NCBI GenBank assembly: GCA_951406725.2
Contig: OX597836.1
Span: forward strand, 37,634,001 to 37,698,000
DNA: 64,000 bases
Reading direction: 5' to 3'
Origin: Octopus vulgaris
Taxonomy: Eukaryota
Part shown: positions 28,587 through 41,881 of the stretch, piece after piece
Layout: every line of letters begins with the position of its first letter
How positions within the stretch are numbered: the first letter of the stretch is position 1
Notes under the pieces: generated by a model
Database searches by the model: none
What the model was told of the DNA's origin: nothing
The model's input: only the letters and a program-made list of their open reading frames with translations
Program-made: the position numbers and the translations under genes

Positions 28587-28855
28587 GACTTTGACAGTTT
28601 TCATGTGTTTCTTCTGTAGCGCCTGAAAAATTGCATCAAACCTAGAACTCCCAGTCGCAACGGAATATCTCATCAGCTTCGTGCAGATAAATATTCTATT
28701 TGGCATGTTCTAAACATTCTTTGCCCAATTAGTTAAATAAACGTCTGTGCGTTTATCTATGTCGCTTAAATGTAGACCTAACGGCGTGAAACTCAAAGTA
28801 GGTTTGAGTTACTGATCACTTTCGAATGAAGAAACGTTTATGTATGTCTGCATAA

Positions 28856-28886
<31 letters not shown>

Positions 28887-29031
28887 TGTATGTATGTATG
28901 TATGTATGTATGTATGTATGTATGTATGTACGTATGTGCGTACATACATACATAAACATGTTTCTTCATTGGGAGGTGATCAGTAACTCAAACCTAGTTA
29001 GAGTTTCACGCCGTTAGGTCTACATTTTAGG

Positions 29032-29088
<57 letters not shown>

Positions 29089-29747
29089 GTGTGTGTTTAT
29101 ATAAACTCATTGTCTACATGTACACATTTAAATGTGTGTGTGTGTGTATTGTTTTTGCAATTCTGCATTTAAGTTGTTGGGAGTCTTACACTAGAACCTT
29201 ATAAACGTTAGAGTCCTGGGAAAATAGTCGTTTCACTAAAGAGAAGCGAACAGCAAACAGAAGAAAGCTATTCAGTATTAGCTCTCGAAATGAAGAGGTT
29301 TTATGCTGATATTTGCTACAAAGTAAATTCCTATCGTCACAAGACAATTTTTACGGCTAGAAATATAATATTCTTTGTTTATAAAACTACTTTTAACAAT
29401 AATGGCATTAACAAAAACAATAACGTGTGAAACATAGATTGTTAAATATATTTAACCAAACCAGAAAACAAGTTTTAAAGAAACAGTAATATTAGAATTG
29501 TTTACTAGATCATATTTTAGTGACATTGCATGAAATAAACGCAGCATTACTTCGCTTCAGTTTTGAACTTACAAACGTAAGACATATCGTTTAACCGCAG
29601 ATCAGCCTAGATCGAGTAGACCTAAGCTGTGATCATGACCATCAAATCGTTTTACATATCAGGGTCTACTTTGTGTTATGTACCATTATTCAAGACAAAG
29701 GAGTGAGATTTAAAAGACGTTTTGTTTATTATTCCTACGAGATTAAA

Positions 29748-30350
29748 GACAGCGAGCTGACTGAATCTTTAGCACGCATGGTAAAATACTTAGCGGTATT
29801 TCGTCAGCCGTTACGTACTGAGTTCAAATTCTGCCGAGGTCGACTTTGCTTTTCATCCTTTCGGGGTCGATAAATTAAGTACCAGTCACGCCCTGGGATC
29901 GATATAATCGACTTAATCCATTTGTCTGTCCTTGTTTGTCTCCTCTGTATTTAGCCCCATGTGGGTAGTAAAGAAATATGTATTTCGCCTGCCGCTACGT
30001 TCTGAGTTCAAATTCCGCCGAGGTCGACTTTGCCATTCATCCCTTCGGGGTCGATAAATTAAGTACCAGTTACTTAAATTAAGTACCAGATAAATTAAGT
30101 ACCAGTTATCGACTTAATCCGTTTGTCTGTCCTTGTTCGTCCTCTCTGTGTTTAGCCCCTTGTGGGTAGTAAAGAAATAGGTATTTCATCTGTCCTCATG
30201 CTCTGAGTTCAAATTCCGCCGAGGTCGATGTTGGCTTTCATCCCTTTGGAGTCGATAAAAATAAGTACCAGTTGAACACTGGTATCGATGTTATCTACAT
30301 AACCCCTCCCCTGCACTTGCTGGCCTTGTGTCAAAATTTGAAATCATTAT
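29748..30350 (+). mobile_element. SINE family A trimer; last unit has a different tail
   Basis: Junctions at 29980 and 30180 both read aagaaata(t/g)gtatttc. Confidence 0.88.
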
Positions 30351-30539
30351 TCCTAAGAAGTTGAAAATATTGGCCTTCGAGTCTTATTCATTTCGCTGTT
30401 GTCGTTAGCTCCAGATCAACACCCATAAAATTCGCACACTATTATCTCAAACACCACTCCAGCCTTAAACAAACCGTATTTTCCCTTAGAGTTGTGTAGC
30501 TACTGAATAACAATATCGAATGCGTCCTTTTGTAACATA

Positions 30540-30715
30540 TCTGGGCATTTCATCCGTCTTTACGGCTTGAGTTCAAATTTCGCCGAGGTGGACTTTGCCT
30601 TTCATTCTTCCATGATCGATAGAATAAGTAGCAGTTGTGCACTGAGGTCGATGTGATAAACTTATCCCCTTCCCTCAAATTGCTAGCCTTGTGCCAAAAT
30701 TTGGATCTAATATTA
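30540..30715 (+). mobile_element. SINE family A, tail variant
   Basis: Core followed by aaattgctagccttgtgccaaaattt. Confidence 0.75.
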
Positions 30716-30799
30716 TTATTTCCTTTTTGTTTGTTTTATGCGTTTTAGCCATGCGACTGCAGTCATGCTAAAGCACCATCTTTAGAAACATTAAGTTAT

Positions 30800-30873
30800 T
30801 GGCCAGTATTGGCCTCGAACCCAGGACATTCATGCTATTAACACGACGCTCTAATCAATTCAGCTAATCAGCC
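30800..30873 (-). pseudogene. tRNA-Ile(AAT)-like pseudogene
   Basis: GGCTGATTAGCTGAATTGATTAGAGCGTCGTGTTAATAGCATGAATGTCCTGGGTTCGAGGCCAATACTGGCCA is collinear with metazoan tRNA-Ile-AAT; stems are damaged. Confidence 0.75.
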
Positions 30874-30889
30874 AAAAATTACAAAGACC

Positions 30890-30961
30890 TGCGTCGGCCG
30901 GGTTTCGAACTCGTATTGACTGCTTAGCAGGCGACCAAACGAACCGTCGTTATTTATCAAA
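30890..30961 (-). pseudogene. tRNA-Gly(TCC)-like pseudogene (3' half recognisable; duplicated at ~31499-31570)
   Basis: gcctgctaagcagtcaatacgagttcgaaacccggccgacgca resembles GCCTTCCAAGCAGTTGACCCGGGTTCGATTCCCGGCCAACGCA. Confidence 0.6.
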
Positions 30962-30981
30962 TCAGAGACAAAAAATGAGGG

Positions 30982-31438
30982 GGGTGTTTTCGGTTTGAAC
31001 GGCAGTTTTCTAGGTGTGTCATATGAAATTGTCACCTATTATTATGACCCTAGTATCGATCTATTGCATTTCAATCTCTTTTATGGTTAGGGTTAGTTAG
31101 GGTTAATTAGGGTTAGGATTAGGGTTAGGGTTAGGGTTAGGGGTGGGGGAAGGGTATTTTTTTTTCTTCACAAATGTAAATAAACCCAATCTGTTTCTTA
31201 AACGAGGGACATATTCATACGGCACAGAATGCTTTTTAACTCAATAGACGTGGCTGATTAGTTGAAATTGCAGAAATTGAAGAAAAAAAACAACAAATAT
31301 CTTACAAACAGTAGAATTTTCTCAATAAAGCCAAGAGAAAAATATGTTTTATAAACACATTCTACCAGTATACGAAGTTTAAAAGTGTTTAGTTACGTGG
31401 AAATTATGTTAAAAACTGCCGTTCAAACCGAAAAGATC
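30982..31438 (+). mobile_element. MITE with ~25-bp TIRs and internal (TTAGGG)n
   Basis: TIRs ttttcggtttgaacggcagtttt / aaaactgccgttcaaaccgaaaagatc. TTAGGG array at 31087-31142. Confidence 0.85.
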
Positions 31439-32188
31439 GCTTGCTATTAACACGACGCTCTAATCAATTCAGCTAATCAGCCAAAAATTACAAAGACCTG
31501 CATCGGCCGGGTTTCGAACTCGTATTGACTACTTAACAGGCGACTAAGCGAACCGTCGTTATTTATCAAATCATAGACAAAAAACGAGGGATTTTAAAAT
31601 CAGGGACTGTTGTTTATGATATCAGTGTAATTTTTGGAAGATTAAAAGTTATATTAGCACAATTTGCAGTCTATTTTTATCGTAAGGCACTATGGAAAAT
31701 GTTTACTCTGTGACTTTCGAATGTAACGATAAACTTGATAAAGAGAAGAGGACCTTAAGAAGAAATTAATCAAATAAAAGACTAAATACTCCTAAAATAA
31801 TTGTTTCTTTGATACAGTTGTAAAGGGTTTAGGTATATTCTTACTACGTAGCAGTTTCATTGATAGCTTTGCAGATTCCAATGTCAAGAAGTGAAATTCT
31901 TTATGAATTCGCTTTTCGTCCCAGCTGCTATATTGAAACGACATTTCATTTTAGTTAAGGAATCAAAGGCTCGTTGTCTTTAGACACGTTGTAAAATTCA
32001 TTTCTTATTATCAAAATGGTGTGTATGTCACTGAGATCTTTCTACAAATAGCAACTAAATCACCTTTAAACCGCACCCAAACTTTTTATGAAATGACACG
32101 TTCTTTTACCAGTTAGATCACCTTTAGGCTACACCCTACAATTTTGTAAGCGAATATGTCCTTTACAGCGTAGTTTCTGAGTATGTGC

Positions 32189-32223
<35 letters not shown>

Positions 32224-32969
32224 CGTATGTACACATACATACGCACACACATATACATACATATATATATATATATATTTATGTCAGCATTGTTCCTTAT
32301 ATTTGCTGTGTTGCAAGGACATTAAGCGGGGGAATAAAATGCACAGGGAACCGAATATACTTTGTGGAAATAGTTTAGTCCCATCTAATTTTTAAGTGTC
32401 TCTAATTTTCGGGGTTTACTCAGTTGGAAGCATTCATCGCAAACGACTGTGGCATTTGGGTAGGAAACCTAACCGATCGTTTGGTTTCACGTCGCTAGTA
32501 CCTGGGTATCTTTACGAGAGTTAAAATTATAAATGTTTTGACTAGCCCTTCTAAATTCTGTCCTTGATTATGTTTTAATGAAGACATGGTCAGTAGATAT
32601 CAATCAGATAAATCATATCAATCAGTCAAGGCACTAGTTCTAAAATAAATATTGTCTACCATTTACAAAACGAAAAAATCTTTAGGCTCCAGTGACTTTT
32701 CGTACGAAAATATTCTTCTCACAATTATCTACTCTAAATGTTTCATAAATGCATGCAATTCTATTGTAATTCATTAATCTGTAGATCTTCATAACATCGT
32801 TTCGATTTTGTCTTCGATGTCATTCCATAGTTTCGGCTTAGGTAAACGTAACTCTTGAGCACAAATTTTTCTTACAATTACTTGCTGTGAAAGATAAAGG
32901 AATATATCAGACATTCTTATTTGATTAATGGTTAATTCTGAGTTTGAAGGAATTACAGCACATATGTCA

Positions 32970-33381
32970 GATCTTTTCGGTTTGAACGGCAGTTTTTAAC
33001 ATAATTTCTAGGTAACTAAAAAAATGTTTAACTTCGTATACTGGTAGAATGTGTTTATAAAACATCTTTTTCTCTTGGCTTTATTGAGAAAATTTTATAG
33101 TTTGTAAGATATTTGTTGTTTTTTTTTTCTTCAATTTCTGCAATTTCAAACAATCACTGACGTGTATTGAGGTGAAAAACATTCTGTGCCGTATGAATAT
33201 GTCTCTTGTTTAAGAAACAGATTGGGTTTATTAACATTTCTGAAGAAAATAAGCTACCCTTCCCCCTAACCCTAACCCTAAAACAGATTGAAATGCAATA
33301 GATCGATACTAGGGTCATAATTATGGGTGACAATTTCATATGACACCGCTAGAAAAAACTGCCGTTCAAACAGAAAAGATC
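32970..33381 (-). mobile_element. Second copy of the TTAGGG-bearing MITE, inverted
   Basis: Same TIRs and internal sequence in reverse complement, with (CCCTAA)3. Confidence 0.88.
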
Positions 33382-34280
33382 CCAGATTCTCTTTTAATAT
33401 ACGTTATAGTATGATTATTCTTGATTACCAATCATTGCTTTTCTGTTGCTTTATTTGGGACCATAAATAAACATATGCTTCATACAGTCTCCACAAGGGT
33501 TTCTTAGACATATGACAACTAATACATATTTATAAACTCCACGATGATTTGTCGAACGTAGGATCCATCACATACCAGTACCAATCTCTTCTTGCTAATT
33601 CAACTTTCATTCTATTATTAAGCCAGTATTTCATGTGACAGATTTCTTTGATATCAGATCTACTTCAGAATATTTCTACTTGGTTTCCGCAATTCAAATG
33701 TATTAAAACCGCAACACATATATCATAATTAAATAAGTTTTATTTAATATCACATATTTTTGTATTGCAATATTAAAATCTCATTTATATTTTCTCTCAG
33801 TTGGTCCAAATAAGATATTATATCAGCCTTATCACATTTAAAATATTTCAAAAGAAAATACATATTTTTTACGCCACCAAAATATAAAAGAGCAAGAGTA
33901 AGAGGGGAAATATAATAGAGAGAGACAGAATTATTTAATAATTCATGTCACTTCTGTTTACATGAAGCTTTTTAACCATTAAACTTCTGAACTTCATTTT
34001 ATCTTTTGACTTGCAGGCAATAATTCCTCTTACATTTTTTGATATCTTCTTTTCTTGTAATTCCATTGTCATTTACAATGCTTTATAGAAATATTAAATC
34101 GACTCCAGTACGTGACTGATAAACAACGTGATTTAAATTCAGAACGTAAAGGGCAGTATCTAAATCAGTGGCTCTCCATCGCGCTTTCCAGCGCCGCATG
34201 CAGCCTTCAAGAATCCATCTGGCGGCTTCCGACGATCTTCCCTCTATAAATATTATAAATCCTTCTTTGAATGACGTGTT

Positions 34281-34315
<35 letters not shown>

Positions 34316-34329
34316 TTATTATTATTATT

Positions 34330-34727
34330 CAGTAGTTTTATTTTTATAGCGTGCTTTCACTTCACTACCGAGCGCAGCTCTGTGTGCCTTGGGTATGTGC
34401 TGATTTGTTGTGATGCTCTGATGGTTATTGTATGGAAAGTGTTCTGCGTAGGATGTGTGCAGTGCCTAGTAGTGCAATTTTCTGTATGATATATGTGTTT
34501 GTAAGTCCTGGTGTTTTTGTTATGTATTTGTCTGAATATTTTTTTATCATGCCTAATGCACCTACTATGATAGGAATTGTTTCTGTTTTCAGATTCCACA
34601 TTCTAGTTACCTCTATTTCCAGGTCTTTGTATTTTGAGAGTTTCTCCATTTCTTTTAGAGACACGTTGTCATCTGCCGGTATTGATACATCAATTAGAAA
34701 GCATTTTTTTTCTTCATGATCTCTGAC
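34330..34727 (-). mobile_element. 5'-truncated R4/Dong-clade LINE (restriction-like endonuclease C-terminus + 3'UTR) in (TAA)n
   Basis: CFLIDVSIPADDNV..KEMEKLSKYKDL...PIIVGALG...QKIALLGTAHILRR, with TTA repeats on both sides. Confidence 0.9.
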
Positions 34728-34746
34728 ATTATTATTATTATTATTA

Positions 34747-34816
<70 letters not shown>

Positions 34817-35386
34817 CATTATTATTATTATTATAATTATTATCATTATTATTATTATTATTATTCGGTGGGGTGCAGCCTCCTAAAAATATCCAGGTTT
34901 TGAATCCGGCCCGGGTATTAATAAAGGTTGAAAACCACAGGTCTAGACATTGCAAACATTGTGTTTGACGCTCTACAGACTCTTGCAAACCCACGTGATT
35001 TGCTTTTTTTCAAATTTTACGAATATTTTAGTATCAATAATTGATGTTGTCTGCTCCTAGTTTCACAATCAAGTTTCGATCTACATTTGGGTCACTACCC
35101 TATAAGTAAACCCCAAATCACACTCGGAATGATATGAACATCAAAATAACTATTCCCTTTCGTTTGCAAACTTCATATTTTGACCCCCAATAAAGGCGTA
35201 AGCATAGGGATTTGCTTTGCAAAATAGTTGTTCTTCGTTCGATTCCGCTGGGGACAAATATCTTCTTCAATATACACTTGGGTTGACTAATATATTGTGA
35301 GGGGAATTTGGAAAACAGAAACTACAAGACTGTCATATACACATTCATATATATATACACACACATACATACACACAAATATGCAA

Positions 35387-35463
<77 letters not shown>

Positions 35464-36254
35464 CAGGTAGACAAATATACATACATATATACATATGTAA
35501 GTATCCAAGTATGCTTGTATGTATGCACATGTATGTCCATATGTGTGAGTATGTGAATGTTCATATGTGTGTCTATATGTGTGTTTCCGTATGTGCGCGC
35601 GCGTTTGTGCTTCTTCGGTGTATATCTTCAAACAATATCAACAATTACCATACACACACACGCGCGCATATGCACACACACACGCACATACACAAGCATA
35701 CACGCATACGCGCACAAACGCACACACACACACACACTCGCTCACGCACACATACACGCACACGCACGCACTTACGCATGCACGCACACACACAAAGTCA
35801 CACACACATACACACACGCACACATGCACACACATACACACACATACACGCACGCACGCACAAACACGCACGCACACTCATACATACACATACACGCACG
35901 CACTCTCGCTCGCTCGCACGCACACACACACAGATATACAATCACACATACACACATACACACACACACATATACATACACATGCACGCACACACGAACA
36001 CAGACACAGAGAAAACGTATGAACTATTGTCCGTCCATTCTGATATAAAATAAACAAACAAATATAATACGAAGTATCATTGTGTAAGTCAATTATGACA
36101 TCATATAACAATTACGTAACAATCTACGCAATTCATTTAATGGATTTACTTATTGCAGCAAGAAAAACAACATTATCACGTATTAATACTTTGTACAACA
36201 GGACTCGTGTTAATTCCAAGTTTCACAAATATTCGTATTCAGTCGTAAAGTCAT

Positions 36255-37010
36255 AAATTTGTTGATATTCATAACATCGTTTCGATTTTGTCTTCGATTT
36301 CATACTTACGGTAAACGTAACTCTTGAATATATATCGTGACAAGCTAATTAAGGTTGTTATCATCGTTTTAATTAACATATTTTTTCACAAATACTTTTA
36401 AATGTTAAACTGCCTAAAAGTGTCGGTCAAAGTTTATTCAGTTGGAAGTATTCAGCGGAAACTACAGTGATATTTGGATAGTAAACCTAACTGATCGATT
36501 ATTCACCATTTGGACCTTGGACGCCTTTGACGGAGTCAATTTCATAAATTCTATTCTTGAGCACGTTTTAATGAAAACATTTGTCTGTAGATAAATCTCC
36601 TAAAATCTATCCCAGAGCACGTTTTCATGAAAACATCTGTCTCTAGATACTCGGACATATATCAATCATATAAATCACATCAATCAATCAGAGCATTAAT
36701 TTCCAAAAACTTCTGTGGTTTCTGTGACTTTTCGTAGGAAAGTATTCTTCTCACAATTCTCTACTCTAAATGTATTATAAATGTTTGTATTTCTATAGTA
36801 ATTCATTAATTTGTTGATCTTCATAAAATCGTTTCAATTTTGTCTTCGATTTCATTCCATAGTTTCAGCTTATGGAAAACGTGACTCTTGAACACACATG
36901 ATGACAAGCAAAATAATGCTATTTATCATCACTTTAATTAACTTATTCTTTCATTAATCTTTTTAACTTTGAAATATTAAACCGCCTAAAAGTGGCGATC
37001 AAAGTTTAAG
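36255..37010. repeat. Unclassified ~550-570 bp unit in partial tandem, with a diverged copy at ~32415-32862
   Basis: cata(a)catcgtttcgattttgtcttcgat-like block at ~32789, ~36269 and ~36822, plus other collinear blocks. Confidence 0.75.
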
Positions 37011-37201
37011 CAACGTTAAATTCTCAAGAGGGTGTTCAGCAAAATATACGAATTCATGTAGGTTCATTAATAAAAGTTGACGGAACTATAAAGAACCTTT
37101 CATCCCCCTTTGAAATTCAATATCAAGTTCTTCTTGGGTGATTCATACTTATCATAAGTGGTAGACAATGACAGTGGAGTTAATGATTTGTAATATATAT
37201 A

Positions 37202-37364
37202 GGCGTAGGAGTGGCTGATGTGGTAAGTAGCTTGCATACCAACCACACGGTTACGGGTTCAGTCCCACTGCGTGGCACTTTGGGCAAGTGCCTTCTACTA
37301 TAGCCTCGGGCCGACCTAAGCCTTATGAGTGGATTTGGTAGACGGAAACTGAAAGAAGCCCGTC

Positions 37365-37445
<81 letters not shown>

Positions 37446-37750
37446 TATTTATATATATTTTATATTTATATTTTATCTAGTTTCAGCTCACGAGCTGTGG
37501 CCATGCTGGGACACCGCCATATGTATATGTTTGTGTGTCTGTGTTTGTCCCTCCAAACATCGCTTGACAAATGATGCTGGTGTGTTTACATCCCCGTAAC
37601 TTAGTGGTTCGGCAAAAGAGGCCGATAGAATACGTACTAGGCTTACAAAGAATAAGTCCTGGGATCGATTTGCTCGACAAAAGGCGGTGCTCCAGCATGG
37701 CCACACTCAAGTGACTGAAACAAGTAAAAGAGAGAGAGAGAGTGAAAGAG
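37202..37750 (+). mobile_element. SINE family B with expanded internal microsatellite
   Basis: Head 37202-37365, tail half ~37525-37740. Confidence 0.88.
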
Positions 37751-38099
37751 AGTATGCTGCACATTCCCTGTAATTAATTCACGGGTATTTACCTACCCCG
37801 AAAGATTGTGAAAAGTCAAAGTTGACCTCTCCGGGATTTGAAATCCGGAAGGATTGAGCCGAAAAAGTACTGAAAGTGGCTGAATTGTTATCAATGCTCT
37901 GAGGAAACTGCCCACTAAGTAGCATCGAAGAGACAAAAAAAATAATATAAGAAATGCTCTGAAAGTCAAGCTAACTACTATATCTATATTGCAAGATGTA
38001 TGTGTGTGCGTACGTGTGTGCGTGCGTGCGTGCTTATATCTGTTATGTGAGTACGTGCCTTTGAGTTTGTTTGTCCCTCACTATATTATTGCTTGATAA

Positions 38100-38290
38100 G
38101 GCGGCGAGCTGGCAGAAACGTTAGCACGCTGGGAGAATGCATAGCCGTATTTCGACTTTCCCCTTCATCCTTTCGGGGTCGATTAAATAAGTACCAGTTA
38201 CACACTGGGGTCGATATAATCGACTTAATCCGTTTGTCTGTCCTTGTTTGTCCCCTCTGTGTTTAGCCCCTTGTGGGTAGAAAAAAATAT
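38100..38290 (+). mobile_element. SINE family A nested in an older SINE-B remnant (~38060-38475)
   Basis: 13-bp TSD tattgcttgataa at 38087-38099 and 38295-38307. Confidence 0.88.
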
Positions 38291-38815
38291 ATGCTATTGC
38301 TTGATAACCGTTGTTGTTTTGTTTACGTCCACCGTAACTTAGTGGTTCGGCAAGGATATCCGATAGAACAAATATTAGACTTAAAAACTACTGGAGTCGA
38401 TTTGTTCGACTAAACGCTTCCAGGCGGTGCCACAGCATGACCGCAGTATAATGACTGAAATAAGTAAAAGATAAAAAAATAGGATACACATCTCCCATAA
38501 TAAAAAAAGAAGTTAAAAAATGAGAAATTTATATCTTGTGCTTTTACTCTGGTTTTCAACATTGCTAACATATAGACAGAGATCTCGGGTAACAGGAAGA
38601 ACTTCTGAAAGAAAGAAATTTCATTGGCAAAGATTTGACTCGGAAATTCAATCTTTGAACATTTTGAGTTTATAGTTTGAACTTAATATTACATCCACCC
38701 AAGATGTAGTTGTAAATATATCAAAAAAAAGTCATCATACGTTTGAATATACACACAAGCACTCATATACACTAATATATATATACATACATACATATAT
38801 GTGTGTATGTGTGTG

Positions 38816-38859
<44 letters not shown>

Positions 38860-39041
38860 CGTGTATGTATGTTTTTATGTATGTATGTATGTACGTATGT
38901 ACGTATGTATGTATGTATGTACGTATGTATGTATGTATGTATGTATATTTGTATGTATGTGTGTATGTATGTATGTGTGTATGTTTGTATGTATGTATGT
39001 ATGTATGTATGTGTGTATGTATGTATGTATGTATGTGTGTG

Positions 39042-39075
<34 letters not shown>

Positions 39076-39077
39076 TG

Positions 39078-39109
<32 letters not shown>

Positions 39110-39211
39110 CGTATGTATGTATGTGTGTGTATGTATGTATGTATGCATGTGTGTATGTATGTATGTATGCATGTGTGTGGGCACATATGAGTATGAAAAT
39201 GTTAATATACA

Positions 39212-40055
39212 TAGATGAAAAGTTCATAGGCTGACCAAGATACTCTCACGAAATGCAACTAAATGAGGTTTAGTTTTTAACATAAACTCCTTCGCAGTCC
39301 ACACACATCTCCCATCGGTACTGCGCTGCTTCGATTCCATTGGCGAAGAAGCTTTCATCCTGTTCGTCAGAAACCTCATTTAAAGCAGATATGACGTCAT
39401 CATCACTGCGAAACTGATTCCCAGTCCAGTGTTTGTTTCCATGTTGGAGAAAAGATGTTAGTCAGATGGGATCAGATCAAAAGAACAGGGAGGATGACCA
39501 ACCATCTCAACCACATACAACAGCCATTGAAACCAACGACTCGTGGTACTAGAGCAAGACTCCTTTCTGCAGCTCTTGTTTGGTCTCGATAGACTTTCGT
39601 GACTGCCTCAGCAAGTTGGTATAGTAGACTCCTGCGAGCACGCCGGGCGAAATGCTTAGCGGTATTTCGTCTGCGTTACGTTCTGAGTTCAAATTCCGCC
39701 GAGGTCGACTTTGCCTTTCATCCTTTCGGGGTCGATAAATTAAGTACCAGTTACGCACTGGGGTCGATGTAATCGACTTAATACCTATATCTGTCCTTGT
39801 TTGTCCCCTCTGTGTTTAGCCCCTTGTGGGTAATAAAGAAATAGGTATAGTACACTCCTTTGATAGTGTGGCCCTTTTGAAGGTAGTCAATAAACTCAGA
39901 GCATTTTACATCCCAAAAAGCTGAAGCCATCACCTCCCCTGCAGATGAACCGACCTTGGCCTTCTTTGGACCAGGTGAGGAAGGATGTTTCTGCTGCACA
40001 GATTGTTTCTTTGTTTCTGGTTCAAAGTGATGAACCCATAACTCATCCAGATTAG
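39212..40055 (-). pseudogene. Mariner transposase catalytic-domain remnant, interrupted by SINE-A
   Basis: HPSSPGPKKAKVGSSAGEVMASAFWDVK...IDYLQKGHTIKGVYY matches the mariner SAGKVMASVFWD...IDYL motif. Confidence 0.85.
39634..39843 (+). mobile_element. SINE family A
   Basis: 16-bp TSD ggtatagta(g/c)actcct at 39618-39633 and 39844-39859. Confidence 0.92.
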
Positions 40056-40230
40056 GAAACTAATCATCCAGATTAGTAGTTCGTCAAAAAAGACCGATAA
40101 AATAAGTACTAGGCTTACAAAGAATTTGTCCTGGTGTCGATGTGTTTGACTAAAGGTGGTGCTCCAGCATGGCCACAGTCAAATGACTGAAGTAAGTAAA
40201 AGAATAAAAGAATATATATATTCACATATT

Positions 40231-40276
<46 letters not shown>

Positions 40277-41406
40277 TATACACACACACGCATACAAATA
40301 TATGAATATATACACACACACACACACACACATATATATATGCATATTAATACACACACACACAGACACATATATAGAGTGCATGTATGCGTATGCAGAC
40401 TGTATAGCTAAGTTCTATCAGATTATACATAAGCCGCTTCTTTGTATTCTTATCTGTACTAAGTTATTCTCGGCTAATATCCGATATTTCTTTCCAGTTT
40501 CGGGTGTGACTATTTACTTCCTCACGTTTACTGACCAACATAATCTTCGTTCGTCATAATGGACAATTATTCCATCCCAGATGATACGCACAGCCTTAGG
40601 TCGTTGCTCGATCTCTTTGAAATAACACCTAAATTATTCAACAACTTAATAATGTCTTTAACCCTCAAACATTCAGATTATTGTCAAATGTAATGCTTAT
40701 TTATTCATATTGTTTTGAATGCATTATCTTGTAGCTTTAAGATTTCAAAGATGTGATTGTTTGTTTTTAAAATGACATTGTATGGTGGGTGTGGGAGTTT
40801 GGGTGTGGTTAGTTTGAACATCGAATGGGTAGAGTATCTTGGCTGGATACAACCGGTTTAAATGCTGAAGGGTCAACAATACGTGGATAGTGCCCTCCTA
40901 GATACGCAATAATTATACAGAGAATAATATTGGGTGGTCACGGTCGGAATGCTTTGTTTCAATAGTCTGCTACTCATAAGAAATGAACAGCAACTACTAG
41001 GAAAATGTTCCTTCCCACCCTTACTCTTTCTCTCTCCTCTCTGCTCCCCTCTCTAATTAGACCAGAACATGTCGGAAGATTAGTATCTGAGCTAACACTC
41101 TCTTATCCACAAGGCATTCAAATGTCTATTGAAATGTTTGATAGCATGTATGTAAACTTCTCCACCTGACCAAAACTGCTGAATTTCGCACGAATCACGT
41201 CTTTCGGTAATTATATATAAAACTTACTGTGTATATCGTATAAATATGCAACAATTAATGCTCAGAATAATTAACAGGTAGTTGTTCATTTGATAACAAG
41301 TTAATGAAGACTTACATGTAGCACACTTTAAAACAAAAATAAATATGTATTGTAATTTAAATTATATATTCTATATACAGAATATATATATAGTCAAAAA
41401 CCTTCA

Positions 41407-41587
<181 letters not shown>

Positions 41588-41847
41588 GAAATGAGGTACT
41601 CAGAAATTCGGATGGTTTTATATTTACATATATTTATTTGTATATTACATGTTTTTATACATTATATAACTTAGATCATATATTAGCGCTTTCTCCCATT
41701 CTAGTGGGGTTTTCAAATCGAACTAAGTTCCTGTGAAAAAGTTTTGACTATTTTATAGTGTTATTGAGTGTGTAGTGGTGGGGAGGGACATAAGACAGTA
41801 CAAGAGGGTGATGAGTGGGGAAATGTGAGAGAGAGAGAGAGAGAGAG

Positions 41848-41881
<34 letters not shown>

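Noticed and set aside
29748-30350. Regularly spaced repeats suggesting a CRISPR-like array
   Set aside because: The units are SINE bodies with no unique spacers, no cas genes, and a eukaryotic context.
31087-31142. (TTAGGG)n as a telomere or fusion scar
   Set aside because: Internal to a TIR element that has a second copy with the same repeats.
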